Assembly: GCA_951406725.2 (NCBI GenBank)
Contig: OX597827.1
Location: forward strand, 26,226,001 to 26,290,000
DNA from: Octopus vulgaris
Taxonomy: Eukaryota
Direction of reading: 5' to 3'
Length of the DNA stretch: 64,000 nucleotides
Of this stretch, positions 1-13,785 are shown one piece after another (position 1 is the stretch's first letter; each line of letters opens with the position of its first letter). The notes below the pieces were generated by a model. That model searched no databases. It saw only the letters and a list, made by a program, of their open reading frames with translations, and was not told where the DNA came from. A program made the translations under genes and the position numbers.

Positions 1-657
1 CCCCCTCAGTGTATAGCCCCTTGTAGGCAGTAAGGATATAAGAAACGTTAGTACACCGGACAAAATGCTTTGCAATATTTCGTCTGTCTTTACGTTCTGC
101 GTTCAAATTCCGCCGAGGTCAACTTTGCCTTTCGGGGTCGATAGATTAAGTACTAGTTGCGTACTGGGGCTGATCCAATCGACTGACCCTCCCCCAAAAT
201 GTCGGGCCATGTGATTAGACTAGAAAAGAATACATGAGAGTGTGAAGGTGGCGAGCTGGCAGAAACGTTAGCGCGCCGGGCGAAATGCTTAGCAGTATCT
301 CATCTGCCGTTACGTTCTGAGTTCAAATTCCGCCGAGGTCGACTTTGCCGTTCGGGGTCGATAAATTGAGTACCAGTACGCACTGGGGTCGATGTAATCG
401 ACTCAATCCCTTTGCCTGTCCTTGTTTGCCCTCTCTATGTTTAGTCTCTTGTGGGCAATATAGAAATAAGAAACTTTAGCACGGTGGGCGAAAAGCTTAG
501 CGGTGTTTTGTCTGTCTTTACGTTCTGAGTTCAAATTACGCCGAGATCGACTTTGCCTTTCGAGATCGATAAATTAAGTACCAGTTGCGTACTGGGTCGA
601 TCTAATCAACTGGCTCTCTCCCCAAAATTCGCGCCTTGTGCCTAGAGTAGAAAAGAA
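1..657 (+). mobile_element. SINE family A cluster (tRNA-derived head, Meta/MESC-like core); 246-657 is a dimer, 1-230 is the second half of another dimer
   Basis: Repeated motif ggcgagctggcagaaacgttagc...gagttcaaattccgccgaggtcgactttgcc...ggggtcgataaattaagtaccag occurs three times here and many times elsewhere in the window. It has a B-box-like GAGTTCAAATTCC. The core assignment is from recalled similarity. Confidence 0.85.
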
Positions 658-1008
658 TATTGTTGATGTTGACATTGGTGTTGCTGCTGCTGTTGTCTTA
701 GTTAATGTTACTGTTGTTATTTAGTCTATAGTTAACTCTGAGTGATTCCAACTATGCCCACCTCGCATATTTCTTTTTTATTGCATAGCTTTGTCTTAAT
801 TCTCCAAAGTTGCTTTCCTTTCACAAAACGATTTATGATTGCAATGTAAGGGAGAATTGGGTGTTGTTTCTAAGAGACATTACATAAAGTATCCCTAGAT
901 GGATTGTGCCTGAAAAGGAAACAATAAATATATGTCTGAAGCGTCCTTACACCACATAATTCTGCCGAATCATGACCACCCTGGTGACTAACCAGGAGCA
1001 ACAGCAAT

Positions 1009-1040
<32 letters not shown>

Positions 1041-1886
1041 CAACGACGACGACAGCATTACAGCAATAGCAACACCAACACCAACAATAATAACAGCAAC
1101 AACAACAATAGCAACAGCAACAACCTAAGAAGAGCTATAAGTAAACTTTATAACTTGGTTTCTGACTCGATCATGTTGCAAAATGGTGAACTTCATGATG
1201 GAAATATTCTTGCAAGGTGCCAGGAAGAATCTTTATAAAAATTAAATCTTTTCTAAAGGTCACATGTACAAAATCCCCTCAAACGTGAGAAAAGTCATGC
1301 AGAGCTAGAAATAAACCAACTTGTTTTATTTTATTTTTTTTGTTTTTTTTTGTTGAATTCTTAAGTTTATCAAAGAGAACACGGTTGAGGTCACGCTGGA
1401 GCACTATTTCAACTAACAAAGAAATCTTGTTTTGATGAATTGAAAAAAAAAAAACAATCGTATTTCAGTTGTAGTAAAAATAAAACAGCAGCCTATAGCT
1501 AAGTCACTCCGTTCGTTTATTCGCGTTAGAATAATTAATATCTAGATGAGATGTATAATTAATGCAATTTGTATATCGTAGGACACGCTTCGTCACGTGA
1601 TATCAACGGCCCACTACCTAAGTATTAAAGATTAATAGGATTTGAAGCCAATGAAGAAGCTCGTAGAAATCATCCAACCTTGAGGAAATAGCAGCCAAAC
1701 TTCCCTTAAATAAGACATTAATAATAAACAGTAATACAAAATATACAAGGGTACGCTAGAAGAAAACATATATTCCTTAATATAAAAAAAGATCGAAGGG
1801 ACAGAGTTGTAATATCAATACGCATATATCGCTTCAATCAAAATGGACATAAGATCAAACAAGATGGAAAAGAAAAATATGTATAT

Positions 1887-2260
1887 AGCCGTGGCTATGT
1901 GGTAAGAAGCTCGCTTCCTAACTACATGGTTCTGGGTTCAATCACACTGCGCGGCACCTTGGACAAGTGTCTTCAACTATAGCCTCGGGCCACCCAAAGC
2001 TTTGTGAGTGGATTTGGTAGACAGAAACTGGAAGAAATATGTTGTATGTGTGTGTGTGTGTGTGTGTGTGTATGTCTGTGTTCCCCACGATCGCTTGACA
2101 ACTCGATATTGGTGCGTTTATGTCCCCGTAGCTTAGCGGTTCGACAAAAGTGACCTCTAGAATAGAAACTAGGCTTACAGAGAATAAGACCTGGGATTAC
2201 TAAAGGCGGTAATCCAGCATGGTCGCTGTCAAATGACTGTAAGAAATTAAAGAATAAATA
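1887..2260 (+). mobile_element. SINE family B (tRNA head, CORE-like accttgggcaagtg, internal (TG)n, 3' ctccagcatggccgcagtc tail)
   Basis: A-box-like tggctatgtggtaag, B-box-like gggttcaatc, CORE-like motif; more than 10 related copies in the window. Confidence 0.85.
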
Positions 2261-2282
2261 GGTTTATTATCTAAGAGGTCTA

Positions 2283-3300
2283 AGGTGGCGAGCCTGCACA
2301 ATTGTTATCACGCTGGACGAAATGCTTAGCGGGATTCCTCCCGTCGCTACCTTCTGTGTTTAAATTCCGCCGAGGTCAACCTTGCACTTCATCCTTTTGG
2401 GGTCGATAAATTAAGAACCAGTGAAACACTATTCCTCTCCTCCAAATTTTCAGGCCTTGTGCCTACAGCAGAAAGATTCATTTAAGAGTCTCCATCATAT
2501 ATTTATGCAATATATCGAGATCTAGTATCATATATCAACGGACAGACTCCTAGACTTCCTACGTTATATAAATTTTCGTATTTCTATACTAAGCAGATGT
2601 TGATCGACCAACATAACGTGTTACTATGTGAAATATTTTGATTATGTCTTCGAACTATCTTTCAGATTTCAGTTTATTTTGGGCGAAATGTGCATATTTG
2701 TTTCGTTGAGTTAAATATAAGCCCAGGCGTGGTTGTGTGGTAAGAAACCAGCTGGCAGAAGCGTTAGCACGCCGGGCGAAATGGTTAGCGGTATTTCGTC
2801 TGCCGTTACGTTCTGAGTTCAAATTCCGCCGAGGACAACTTTGCCTTTCATCCTTTCGGGGTCGATTAAATAAGTACCAGTTACGCACTGGGGTTGATTT
2901 AATCGACTTAATCCCGTTGTCTTCCTTTGTTGGCAATAAAGAAATAAAAAAATGGTTTCACAATCATATGGTTCCAGGTTCAGTCCCACAGCGAGGCACA
3001 TTTGGCAAATGTTTTCTATTGCAGCCTCGGGCCGACAGAAGACTTGTTAGTGGATTTCATAGACGAAAACTGAAAGAAGCTCATCGTACATATACATACG
3101 TGTGTGTGTATGTCTGTTCGTGTCTGTGTTTTTCCCCATAGCTTCACAACCGGTGTGTGTTTAATTCCCCGTAACCTAGCGGTTCAGCAAAAGAAAGTAA
3201 TAAAATAAGTTACAGGTTTTTAAAAATATAAGAAATACTGGGGCCAATACAAACTTCTTCAAGGTGATGCAGATTACTACTGGAGACAAAAGATAAAATA
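2283..3300 (+). mobile_element. SINE family A copies (2283-2480, 2749-2945) and a family B copy (about 2960-3300)
   Basis: Same diagnostic motifs as the copies above. Confidence 0.8.
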
Positions 3301-3670
3301 TTTTAAAAAAGAACATCGAGATGGCGACTTTGCAGAATCTTTCGAGAGTCGGCAGAAAATTCTTTGCGGTGTATGTTGCAACTCTTTACGTTCAATTTTC
3401 AAACCCCTCCAACTTCAAGATTGCCTTTCCTACCTCCATGATTATAAAATTGGATACCAGTTATATACTGCGGCCGATGTCCACGATTAAGCTCCCCCCC
3501 CCAAAAAAAAAAAATTGCCAGCCTTATAACTAAATCGCCAACCGTTATCTTAGATATTTCTACTATGCCTTCGACTTCGTTCTGTACTTAACATTGTCGT
3601 AAGCGTCACTTTTAATCAGACGAACATCAAGACAAGAAGCTCATTATTACAATTATTATTATAAAATATT

Positions 3671-3921
3671 TAAATGCACCCTTTCAAAGCCTAGCCAGGC
3701 TCATGGGCCCGGTTTCCCGGTTTCAATGGCGTATGTGTTCCCTAGTTGGACGGGATGCCAGTCCATCGCAGCGTTACTCATTTTTGCCAGCTGATCGAAC
3801 TGGAGCAACGTGAAATGAATTGTTTTGCTCAAGAGCACAACGTGTCACCCGGTCCAGGAATCGAAACCACAACCTTGCGATAATGATGCTGACACCCTAA
3901 CCATTAAGCCACGCGTCTCCA
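3671..3921 (-). mobile_element. SINE family D (tRNA head, V-SINE-like core)
   Basis: Minus strand reads ggagacgcgtggcttaatggttaggg...ggtttcgattcctggaccggg (A/B boxes), then gctgcgatggactggcatcccgtcc, resembling the V domain. Degenerate copies lie at about 28690-28920 and 58735-58880. Confidence 0.75.
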
Positions 3922-4684
3922 CAATTATTATTATTATGTATTTAAAAAAAAACGAAAACACATACACAAAAAAGAAAAAAACAGAAGAAGCAGCAGCGAT
4001 CATGCTATATGCAGCCTCGTTTCTGAGCGGTTGTTCCAGCCGATAGGATTGGTGAAGTCTCCCGTGCACCTTAGCATTGAGTCTGAGGAATATGATCCAG
4101 GTTTTCTTAGATAGTAATATGGTTAGGCGAAGATACCGAGGTGAACTTTCATTGTCGTTTTGTGCACTGAGGTTTACGTAGGAAGTACTAACGTTTAAAT
4201 AAGACTAAAATATCAAGATCGATGTGGTGATATGCGAAAGCATGGGAGAGAGCAACTGTATGAACGACACAGACTGCATTAGAATAGATATTAGCACAAT
4301 TTCATTATCTTTCTCATATATGATTGATTGCTGGAATTGACCTAAAGCTATATAGATTACTGGGTCATATTTAATTAAATGTGTTGTTGTTTTTTTCTCA
4401 TGGATTTTACTAGCTCACTATAATAATAATCGATGATCGTATTATCAGGTTTGTTATCTTCCGTAGAGATAGCTACAGGAAACATTGATTTCTCTTCATA
4501 AGCACAAGGCTGTTCCATTTTTCATATATATATGCACGTACAGACACGCACACACACATACATATATGTACAAAGGGAGAGAATATGGGAGAAGAGGGGC
4601 AAAGAGATACAAATATGTATATATATATATAAACAGATATATATCTGTTTATCTATCTATCTGTCTATTTGTCTGTCTGTCTCC

Positions 4685-4739
<55 letters not shown>

Positions 4740-4899
4740 CATATAGATAGAGAGAGAGAAGTTAAATATCACATTATTCAATATATGTGGGATCGAAGGC
4801 ATTTTGAACAAATATTTATATCATATCAACTCTTTTTCTTACTATATTGTTATTGAAGTATGTTGCCTTTCGTGTTTAAATAAATTTTTAAAACTAGTT

Positions 4900-5790
4900 T
4901 AAGGAGAGAGCTGGCAGGATCGTTAGCACGGTGAGCAAAATGATCAGCGGAATTCCGTCCAGCTTCATGTTCTGATTTCACATTCCGCCGCAGTCGATAA
5001 AATATGCACCAATCGAGTACTGGACTCGATGTAATTGACCTACACTTCCTGCCCGCAAATTTCTGTCCCTGTGCCAAAATTTCAAAACCAAAATTACTAT
5101 CTTATTTAATATCGTTTCAAATTTTGCCACAAGGGGAGCATTTCGGGTTAGGGTGTTAGTCACTTACACAGAGCCTAGTACTCAACTGACACCTATTCTA
5201 TCCCCATAGAAAGGGTGACAGGCCAAGTCAACCACGGAGGCATTTGAGCTTAGCATGTAAAGAGCTGAACGAAATGTCTCGAAGCATTTTGACCAGCAAG
5301 CTAAAGATTATGCCGGTTCACCGTCTTAATACGTTATCTAATATTGGTTTGAGATATTGACACAAGAACAGCAGTTTTGGATGAAGATCCAAGACGGTTT
5401 AATCTTCCACAGTTTTCAAATGGTACTTATTTTTATCGACCTCCCTCCCCGTATGGATGAAAGGCAAAATCGACCTCTGTGGAATTTGAACTCAAAAACT
5501 CAAGACAGACGAAATGCTGCTGAGTAATTTGTCCAGTTTGCTAATGATTTTTCCAGCTCGCCGCCTTTATATGTATTTCTACTCTAGGCAGAAGGCTTGA
5601 AATTTGGGAGGAGGGTGCCTATCGATTTGATCGACCCCAATACGCAACTAGTACTTAATTTATAGACCGTGAAAGTATGAAAGGCAAAGTCAACCTCGAC
5701 AGAATTTGAACTCAGAACGGAGCGGCGGGCGAAATACCGAGAAGCATTTCGTCTAGCGTGCTAACGATTCTGCCAGCTCGTCGCCTTTAT
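4900..5790. mobile_element. Cluster of four SINE family A copies (one +, three -)
   Basis: Family A motifs on + (4900-5095) and as reverse complements (about 5110-5330, 5350-5570, 5575-5790). Confidence 0.8.
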
Positions 5791-6821
5791 TCTCTAATAA
5801 CAATACCTAATGCTCCATAATCCGTGTTCCTTAATCCTTTTGCTGTGATTCTGTTTAACTGTACATTAAAGGAAGCTTATGATTTATTGTCACCTCCTTT
5901 GGGGGACAAACATAAGTGTTTATCACTTTTGAAAAGGTATTAAATAGAAAGAAACCAGACATTAGTTTTGCGACATTGGTAAATTAATGTACACTCGAAA
6001 AGACATACCTACACGCAGAAACTGAACTCGGATCAAGCAGACACATCAGCTAATTGACTCACTCTATAGTACAATTCAAGCTGCGTTCAGCCAAAGCTAT
6101 TAATTGAATTTCATAAATCACGTTTAGAAATCTTTGTTTCCAGGTGGCGAATCAGTGGTGACGGTGGGTACGATGGTCGTGACAGAGATGATGGTGATGC
6201 TGGTGTTGGAGCTGTGACGTCGACGGTGGCGGCGGGGATGGCGGTTGCAGGAGGCGGTGGTGTTGCTGCTGGTGGTGGGAAGAGATATCTCTTCATTAAT
6301 TATGTATATGAGCTTGTGATGGGTTTTACTCGTAGCTAAATAATGCAAACGGAGGGAAGAAGACTGGTAGCGAACCATTACACATGACATCCGGAACGTT
6401 TCGGCAGCAACGAAAGCAATTTTCCTCGATACCTTAGAAAATGTATTCTTAATTGATTTTGATAATGCAAAATCTATTGTTGCAGCTGTATATCGATCGC
6501 TGTTCGTCTGCAACATTACCTCTTCTATCAATCTTCCAATTAGCTTTAACATTTCTTTTCACCTTGTATCGATTACCAGATGAGAACGGTTCTCTCTCTC
6601 CCTTTCACCCACCTCTCTCTCTCTACTCTCTCTCTCTGTGTCTCTCCTACTCTCTAGTTCTTTCCTCTTTTCTCTTTGCTAATCTTCCTCCGCCTGCTTC
6701 TCTCTCTCTTCTCTCTCTCTTTCTCTCTCTCTCACCCACTTTCACATTCCTCCTACTCTCTTTCTAATCATGTATTTCTCACATTTTAAAATTGCTTTGA
6801 TTTTATCAGGAAATCACGAAT

Positions 6822-6867
<46 letters not shown>

Positions 6868-7075
6868 CTATATTATTGCAAGTAGCGTAGATATGTTTAA
6901 GCGTATTCATGTGTGGAAATCTTTCAATGTTTAAATGCACGTCACCTGTAATAGATGTAGATGCGCGCGCATGCACACACACACGCACGCATCCACACAG
7001 ATACACAAATACAAACATGCTCATACACACACATATACGCATACAGTCATACAGACATATAAATATGAATATATA

Positions 7076-7108
<33 letters not shown>

Positions 7109-7357
7109 AAGTGTACGTGGATGTGTGTGCAAACATTTAAACAAGCATGCATAGATAAATATATGTGTAAACATTCATATATACAAAAATATATACACTT
7201 ATATATACATAGATAAATACGTACAGACAACTATGCATATATGTGCATATATCTATTCTATATAGCCTTATATCCATACATATGTATATAAATGTCTATC
7301 TATCAATCTATATATATATATATATATATGTGTGTATAAACAGACAGACAAACAGAC

Positions 7358-7405
<48 letters not shown>

Positions 7406-7744
7406 GAAATCAGGTGAATAGAAGAGTGTGCATCAAACTGTGTATAAGCGATAGTTTTCCAGAGCAGTCCTTACTAGTGAGTGATTACGTATCGCTGGTG
7501 ATGTGTGCGATTATATTGCAGCGGAGGAGAGGTAATAGGCAGCTAGGTGAGATAAGTGCTATCAGCATTTCAATACATTCCAAGGCAAAGATAACTAATT
7601 AATTAGCTACACAAAACAGCCATATCTTCAACGAGCGATTTTGATGTTGTGGTTATTGCTGCTTTGGCTGTTGCTGCTTGTTATTTGTTGATTGTTGTTA
7701 TCTTCTGGTGGGATTTGATCGAGGAGACATTTTTATTTACATAT

Positions 7745-8110
7745 ATATTCTTTTATTCTCTTATTTGTGTCAGTGATTTGACTGCGGCCAAGCTGGAGCA
7801 CCGTCTATAGTTGAACAAATCGACCCCAAGATTTATTCTTTCTAAGTGTAGTACTTATTCCATCGGTCACTTAGGCCGAACCGCTAATTTACGCGGACGT
7901 AAACACACCAGAAACATTTGTCAAGCATTGGTGGAGGGACAAACACAGACACACAAATATATACACATATATACGACAGGCTTCTTTCAGTTTCCGTCTA
8001 CCAAATGCTCTCACAAGGCTTTGGTCGGCCCAAGGTTATAGTAGAAGGTACTTGCCCAAGGTGACACGCGGTGGGACTGAACCCGGAACTATGTGGTTGG
8101 GAAGCAAACT
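7745..8110 (-). mobile_element. SINE family B
   Basis: Reverse complement of the family B motifs over nearly full length. Confidence 0.85.
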
Positions 8111-8279
8111 TCAATATATAAAACGGCATTCCAGTAAAGACCATTATATTTGTATACATGTATTTCGTTGGTAGAGTCATATATATATGTTTATCTGTAT
8201 GTGTGTTTGAAAGTGTGTACGGCAGAATAAGAACATATGGATTTATGTGTGTGTGTGTATATATATATATATCACAAAG

Positions 8280-9900
8280 CCTTGCAAAGCTAAGTAATCT
8301 ATTTCTATTTAAGATTTTAAAATTTTAAAATTTTAAATATTCTAATAAGTCTTATTGTATAATTTTGTATTCTATATAATTACTGATTGTTATGTAATGA
8401 TTTAGTTATCGAAGTTATATGTAATTATTATATTTTAACTCTGTGTTTATTTGTAAGACTTTATTTAGCCAAAGAGATAGTAATACGTATTTTTTTAAGT
8501 TAGGTTTCATGTCTATACATTTATTGATAGCATAAATTTTAGTCTTTAATCACTATATTTGTTGATAGTTATTTAGTTATTATTCTTAAATAGTTTATAA
8601 TTATTAGATGTGTACTTAAATTTAATATATGAATAACGATTTTTTAGTTAAATAATTTGGTAATTAAATTTTTGGACTATAACTGAGTTAAAGATATTTG
8701 TGAGTTTATTATTTTTTTAAGCTATTTTATTATTCATAAATATCTCTAATAGTTGACTTTGTTCTATTATAGCTTATATATAGCTATTTTCAATTGATAA
8801 TTTGTAGTAGTATTTTTCATTGATAAATATATACGTAGTATTTATTGGATACTATATAACTACGGATTGAAAATTTCATTATATTAGTATTTAGTTGTTG
8901 AAGATATGTATTTCATTATTTCATTATTAGTTCTTAACTATACGGTATTTGTAAGTTATTAATTAGCCAACGAGATATATGGATCGTTAAATAGTTATAG
9001 GGTTCTTTTAAGATAGTTTATTTGTTTATAATTTGCTTTTTCATATTTAATCTTTTAATTTTTAATATATTTCATAAGTAATAATGAATAATTAATTTAT
9101 TTAGTTTTTTATTATACGTATATATATTTATTGATAGAGATAATTTTAGATCTTAATTCTTATATTTATATATATTTATATATATTTATTGATAATTTAG
9201 TTATTATTCAAATATTATATAATTATTTGATTTGAACTTAAATTTAATAATATGAATAGTAATTATTTTTTTGATTATTTTTTTGTTAAATAATTAGGTA
9301 TTTAGATATTGACTATAACTGAGATTAGGTTATTCGTGAGTTTATTATGTTTTTTTAAAGCCATATTATAACTAAATAGATAAATACATTTTCTATCTAT
9401 TCTTTAATTAATTTTAACATTATAATTGGATTGTATGACATAATCACAATCGTTAAAATTTCTAGTTTGATAATAGAGTTTTTTATAAGAAAAAATATTA
9501 TTTTATTTATTTCTTAAAAAATATTGGTTAAATATATTTGCTTATTTATTTAACTATTATCTTTAACCTGAAGATTGATTATAACCATAATTCGAATTAT
9601 TAATTGAATTTAAATTATTGTAATTCGAATTAGGTTATGGGCATGAAACGTACGTAGTGGTTTTACTTTTTATCTTATATTAAACTTTTTAATACTTTTT
9701 GATAGTTATATATATTTAAAAAAATAAAAAATAAATAAAAATTTATAAATATAAATTAATAATTTTAATTTTAAATTTAAATAATTTAAATTTTATATTT
9801 TATATATTTTGTATATTATATTAATTATTTTTATTTTTATGTTTTGGATTATGTTTTTCACTTTGATTTGCCTAATAATGGTTTTATCGCTAATTTAATT
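8280..9900 (+). repeat. Very AT-rich, internally duplicated decayed repeat ending in a hammerhead motif (probable Penelope-like pLTR remnant)
   Basis: Paired blocks: ttgtaag..ttagccaa.gagata (8451/8949), ttattgatag (8521/9129), gactataactgag..gtgagtttatta (8675/9311). An HHR core lies at 9568-9656. Confidence 0.5.
9564..9660 (+). ncRNA. Decayed type I hammerhead ribozyme with long stem II
   Basis: CTGAAGA (9568), long hairpin (ataacc/ggttat, taattcgaatta x2), GAAAC GTAC GTA with palindromic stem III. Stem I is degraded. Confidence 0.6.
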
Positions 9901-9942
9901 CATATATGTATATATATATATATATATTTATTATATAGAAGG

Positions 9943-9993
9943 AGCTTCTACAGGACTAGTACTGTTTCATTCAAGAGAAATCTTCAGGAAGCT
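9943..9993 (-). ncRNA. Type I hammerhead ribozyme
   Basis: Minus strand: agcttc CTGAAGA t ttc tctt gaa t GAAA cag tactagtc ctg TA gaagct. Stem I is 6 bp, stem III is cag/ctg, and the cleavage triplet is GUA. Confidence 0.8.
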
Positions 9994-10319
9994 ATTTAAC
10001 AAGAATTGTATTAGCATTTATACATTTAGGCAGGTTTAAAGGAGTGGTGGTGGTGGACTTTTTGGGGGTAGGCATAGCGCAAAATATCATACTTGGGGGA
10101 GTGGTCAAGGAGTCAGTGGTAAGTTAGATGAAAGAATAGATAAATAAAAAAATAAAAAATAAAAAATAAAAAAATAAAATAAAAAAATAAAAAAATAAAA
10201 AATATAAAAAATATATATAAAAAAATTTATATAAAATATATATATAAAAAAATATATATATAAAAAAAGGGGGGATAGAGTTATAGGTAAATAAGGAGAT
10301 TCTCACTTATACCTATACA

Positions 10320-10366
10320 CACATGTATACGTATCTACACACACATACATACATACACATATATAT

Positions 10367-10417
<51 letters not shown>

Positions 10418-11287
10418 CACACATACATACATATCTACATACACACATACATACACCCGCCCACATATACAAATTTATACACATGCACATGCCTATACCT
10501 GTCTACACATACACACACGTATATATGCATACACTCACTCCCATGCATGCACGCATACACACATGTATATATATATATATATATACCCACGACCACACAT
10601 ACATATATACACATAAAAATATATATTCATACGCACATACACTCATGCACACACAACACACCTAGTTCCCTATATACACATATTTACACCTATATATACA
10701 TACACCCACATACACCTATGTACACATATATATATATAAACATATACACGCATACATATATATACATGTGTGCACATACATACATACACACATATATACA
10801 TACACATACACATACACATGTGTACCTATACATACCTACACATACACACATACATACATACAAATATACATATACATATATATATATACAATCCAATACA
10901 GGCCCATTCCCTAATTTTAATTTTATTATCTTCATTTATTACTTTTGTTATCTTTGATCGCTAGGGCTAAGAATCCTGGCAATGGCTGCATGTCCATTTG
11001 TCTGTCTACTAGAAGGCAAGTACTCATTCCCGCACGCACACTCATTAGCACGTACATTCACCCATTCGTACACTCATACACATACACGTACGCACGCGTT
11101 ATATTCATACATACAAACATCTACATACGTTCACGTATATACACATACGTACTCGTACCTACAGATTCGTGTCTACACTTTAGGAGGCTAGTCTATACAT
11201 ATACACCAATAAATATACATATATATATATATACCCGCATATACATACACACACACACATATATATACTCCTACATACAGATACATA

Positions 11288-11335
<48 letters not shown>

Positions 11336-11829
11336 TACATACACATACACACATACATATACACACACATACATACACATATATATACATACACAAACAT
11401 ATATACACACATATATATATACATACACACATACACACATACATACGTATACATACATACATACATCCATACATCCATACTTACATGCATTTATACGCAT
11501 ACACACACCCATCTATATATATGTATATATATATATATATATATATACACACTCACACATACATATACAAATCTACGCACACACATACATACATACACGT
11601 ATACGCATACACGCACATACACATATACATGCGTACCCATACACGTGCACACACGCACGCGCATCCATATATATACACACACACACATATATATACACGT
11701 GTGCAAGCATACATACATACTCATACGCGCACACATACTTACAAATACATATATGCACACACTTACACACATATATATACATACACATATACATGCATAC
11801 ATACATATATGCATACATACACACACGCA

Positions 11830-11869
<40 letters not shown>

Positions 11870-11932
11870 TATATACATATATAGATATATATACACATAC
11901 ATACACATACACATACATACACACATATACAC

Positions 11933-11967
<35 letters not shown>

Positions 11968-12172
11968 TACATATATACACATACACATACATATACATAC
12001 ACACACACATACATATATACATATACACTGATACACATACCCATACATACACATGCATATACTTATATCACTACATACTCACATATATAAACATATATAC
12101 ATATACACACATACATATATACATGTACATACACATACGTATGCATATATATATATATACATATATATACAC

Positions 12173-12207
<35 letters not shown>

Positions 12208-12465
12208 TACATATACACATATACATGTATACATACGCAAAAATGATACACATATATACACATACACACACACAGACAGATGCATATACATACATATATA
12301 TATATAAACTACATATCTATATAAATACATACATAATACACATATACACACACATATATATACATTCATGCATATACATATACAAGTATACATACACATA
12401 CATACACACACACGCGCACACATACATATACACACACACATATACAAATACATACATACACACAT

Positions 12466-12503
<38 letters not shown>

Positions 12504-12868
12504 ACATGTACACATATACATATGTATATATATATCAACAAGGGAGGGTAAAGTTAATTAGTTATTAATCAATTTCATCAAGTGTTCAGTATGTAAAGGG
12601 ACCATTATTATTTTGAGTAAACAATGTTAGAGGAAAAAAATTCTCTAAGTAGTGGAAGAGGCTAAAAAACTTTATTGGCTGCTATTTCTAGAAAGTTTAG
12701 TATGTGGCAAAGTAATTTATTTTATTTTCCTAAGCCCTAATTATATAATATTTTATACATACATACACATACATAAGCACATACATTTACACATACATAT
12801 GCATATACATATATACACATATACATACAAACACATATACACATATACACACACACACACATACAAGC

Positions 12869-12913
<45 letters not shown>

Positions 12914-13060
12914 AATATATATACATATATATTTTTTTTTACATGCATACATACACACACACACACATAATACATGCGTATATTCCTACTGTACCCATGC
13001 ATTTCTATACATATATACATACATACATACGATACACATATACAAGCGTGCACATATAAT
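10320..13060. repeat. Compound (CA/TA/TACA)n low-complexity tract with unique islands
   Basis: Directly visible; it is the source of the dozens of Y/I/H/T-rich spurious ORFs. Confidence 0.95.
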
Positions 13061-13154
13061 ATGTGAAAGGTCTTAGGAGAAAAGGTAATCGGGGGTGCTA
13101 GGGGAACAGTGGGGTTGGGGGGGGGTTGTAGGGGGGTTGTAGGGGGGGTTGTCA

Positions 13155-13731
13155 TCAATCAGGTTGCCGGGTAGGTCTATAGTTCTTGTAGTTCGCATAC
13201 TTCTTATGCATGCAATTTGGGGAGTGTTCTGAAAATTTGTTAAGGAGAGGGCCTTTGGCGAACAAGATCTCTAGGCTCTCTGATATGCATAGGTCACAGC
13301 AGGTATGTCCTCCTGTGTACGAGCGCGCCTTCTGTAGTAGTTTCCACTTGGTCTTGAAGGGGATTGAGTTCCTTTTAAGGTACCAGATGTGGGCGGCGAG
13401 GGTAGTTTGGTTGGATTTATCCTGTCGCCGGAACGAGTGTGTATGTGCATACCAGCGGGTCTTAAAGCTGTTTGACGTCATTCCAATGTAGGATTTACTT
13501 TTATCGTCAAGGCCTGATCTTACCTCGCATTTATATACTAGGTCCCTCTGTAGGCAGTTGTTGTTGAGGGGGCAGGTGGTTTTATCATGGCAGTTGCAAT
13601 TGCTATCGGACGTTGGATGGGCCCCGGAGAAAGTAGATATGTTAAGTTTTTTCACATTGTTGTTGGCTAGGTTCCTGGCTAGGTTGGGCGTGGTAGAGTA
13701 GGAGAGTCTAATAGTGTTCTTATTTAGGATA
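13155..13731 (-). CDS. GIY-YIG endonuclease domain of a Penelope-like element (partial, uninterrupted frame)
   Basis: CNCHDKTTCPLNNNC Cys cluster, LVYKCEV...SYIGMT...FKTRWYAH..SF, TLAAHIWYLK, CDLCISE, LLNK.SE...CMH. The N-terminal part of the listed 251-aa ORF is TA read-through. Confidence 0.9.

Positions 13732-13782
<51 letters not shown>

Positions 13783-13785
<3 letters not shown>

Larger units (their letters stand above)
9937..13731 (-). mobile_element. 5'-truncated Penelope-like retroelement (GIY-YIG C-terminus, long low-complexity 3' region, terminal HHR) inserted in (TA)n
   Basis: GIY-YIG ORF at 13155-13731 and HHR at 9943-9993 are on the same strand, with TA runs at both ends. That the intervening 3.1 kb belongs to the element is an inference. 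Confidence 0.6.

Noticed and set aside
972-1238. His/Gln/Asn-rich 88-aa ORF
   Set aside because: Explained by (CAC/CAA/AAT)n repeats; no splice or homology support.
8280-9900. Mitochondrial insertion (numt or control region)
   Set aside because: No recognisable mitochondrial tRNA, rRNA or protein motif; an HHR core points to a retroelement instead. Not excluded without BLAST.
10323-13059. Many long ORFs (up to 381 aa) rich in Y/I/H/T or V/C/M
   Set aside because: Translations of CA/TA microsatellites, which lack stop codons; no domain content.
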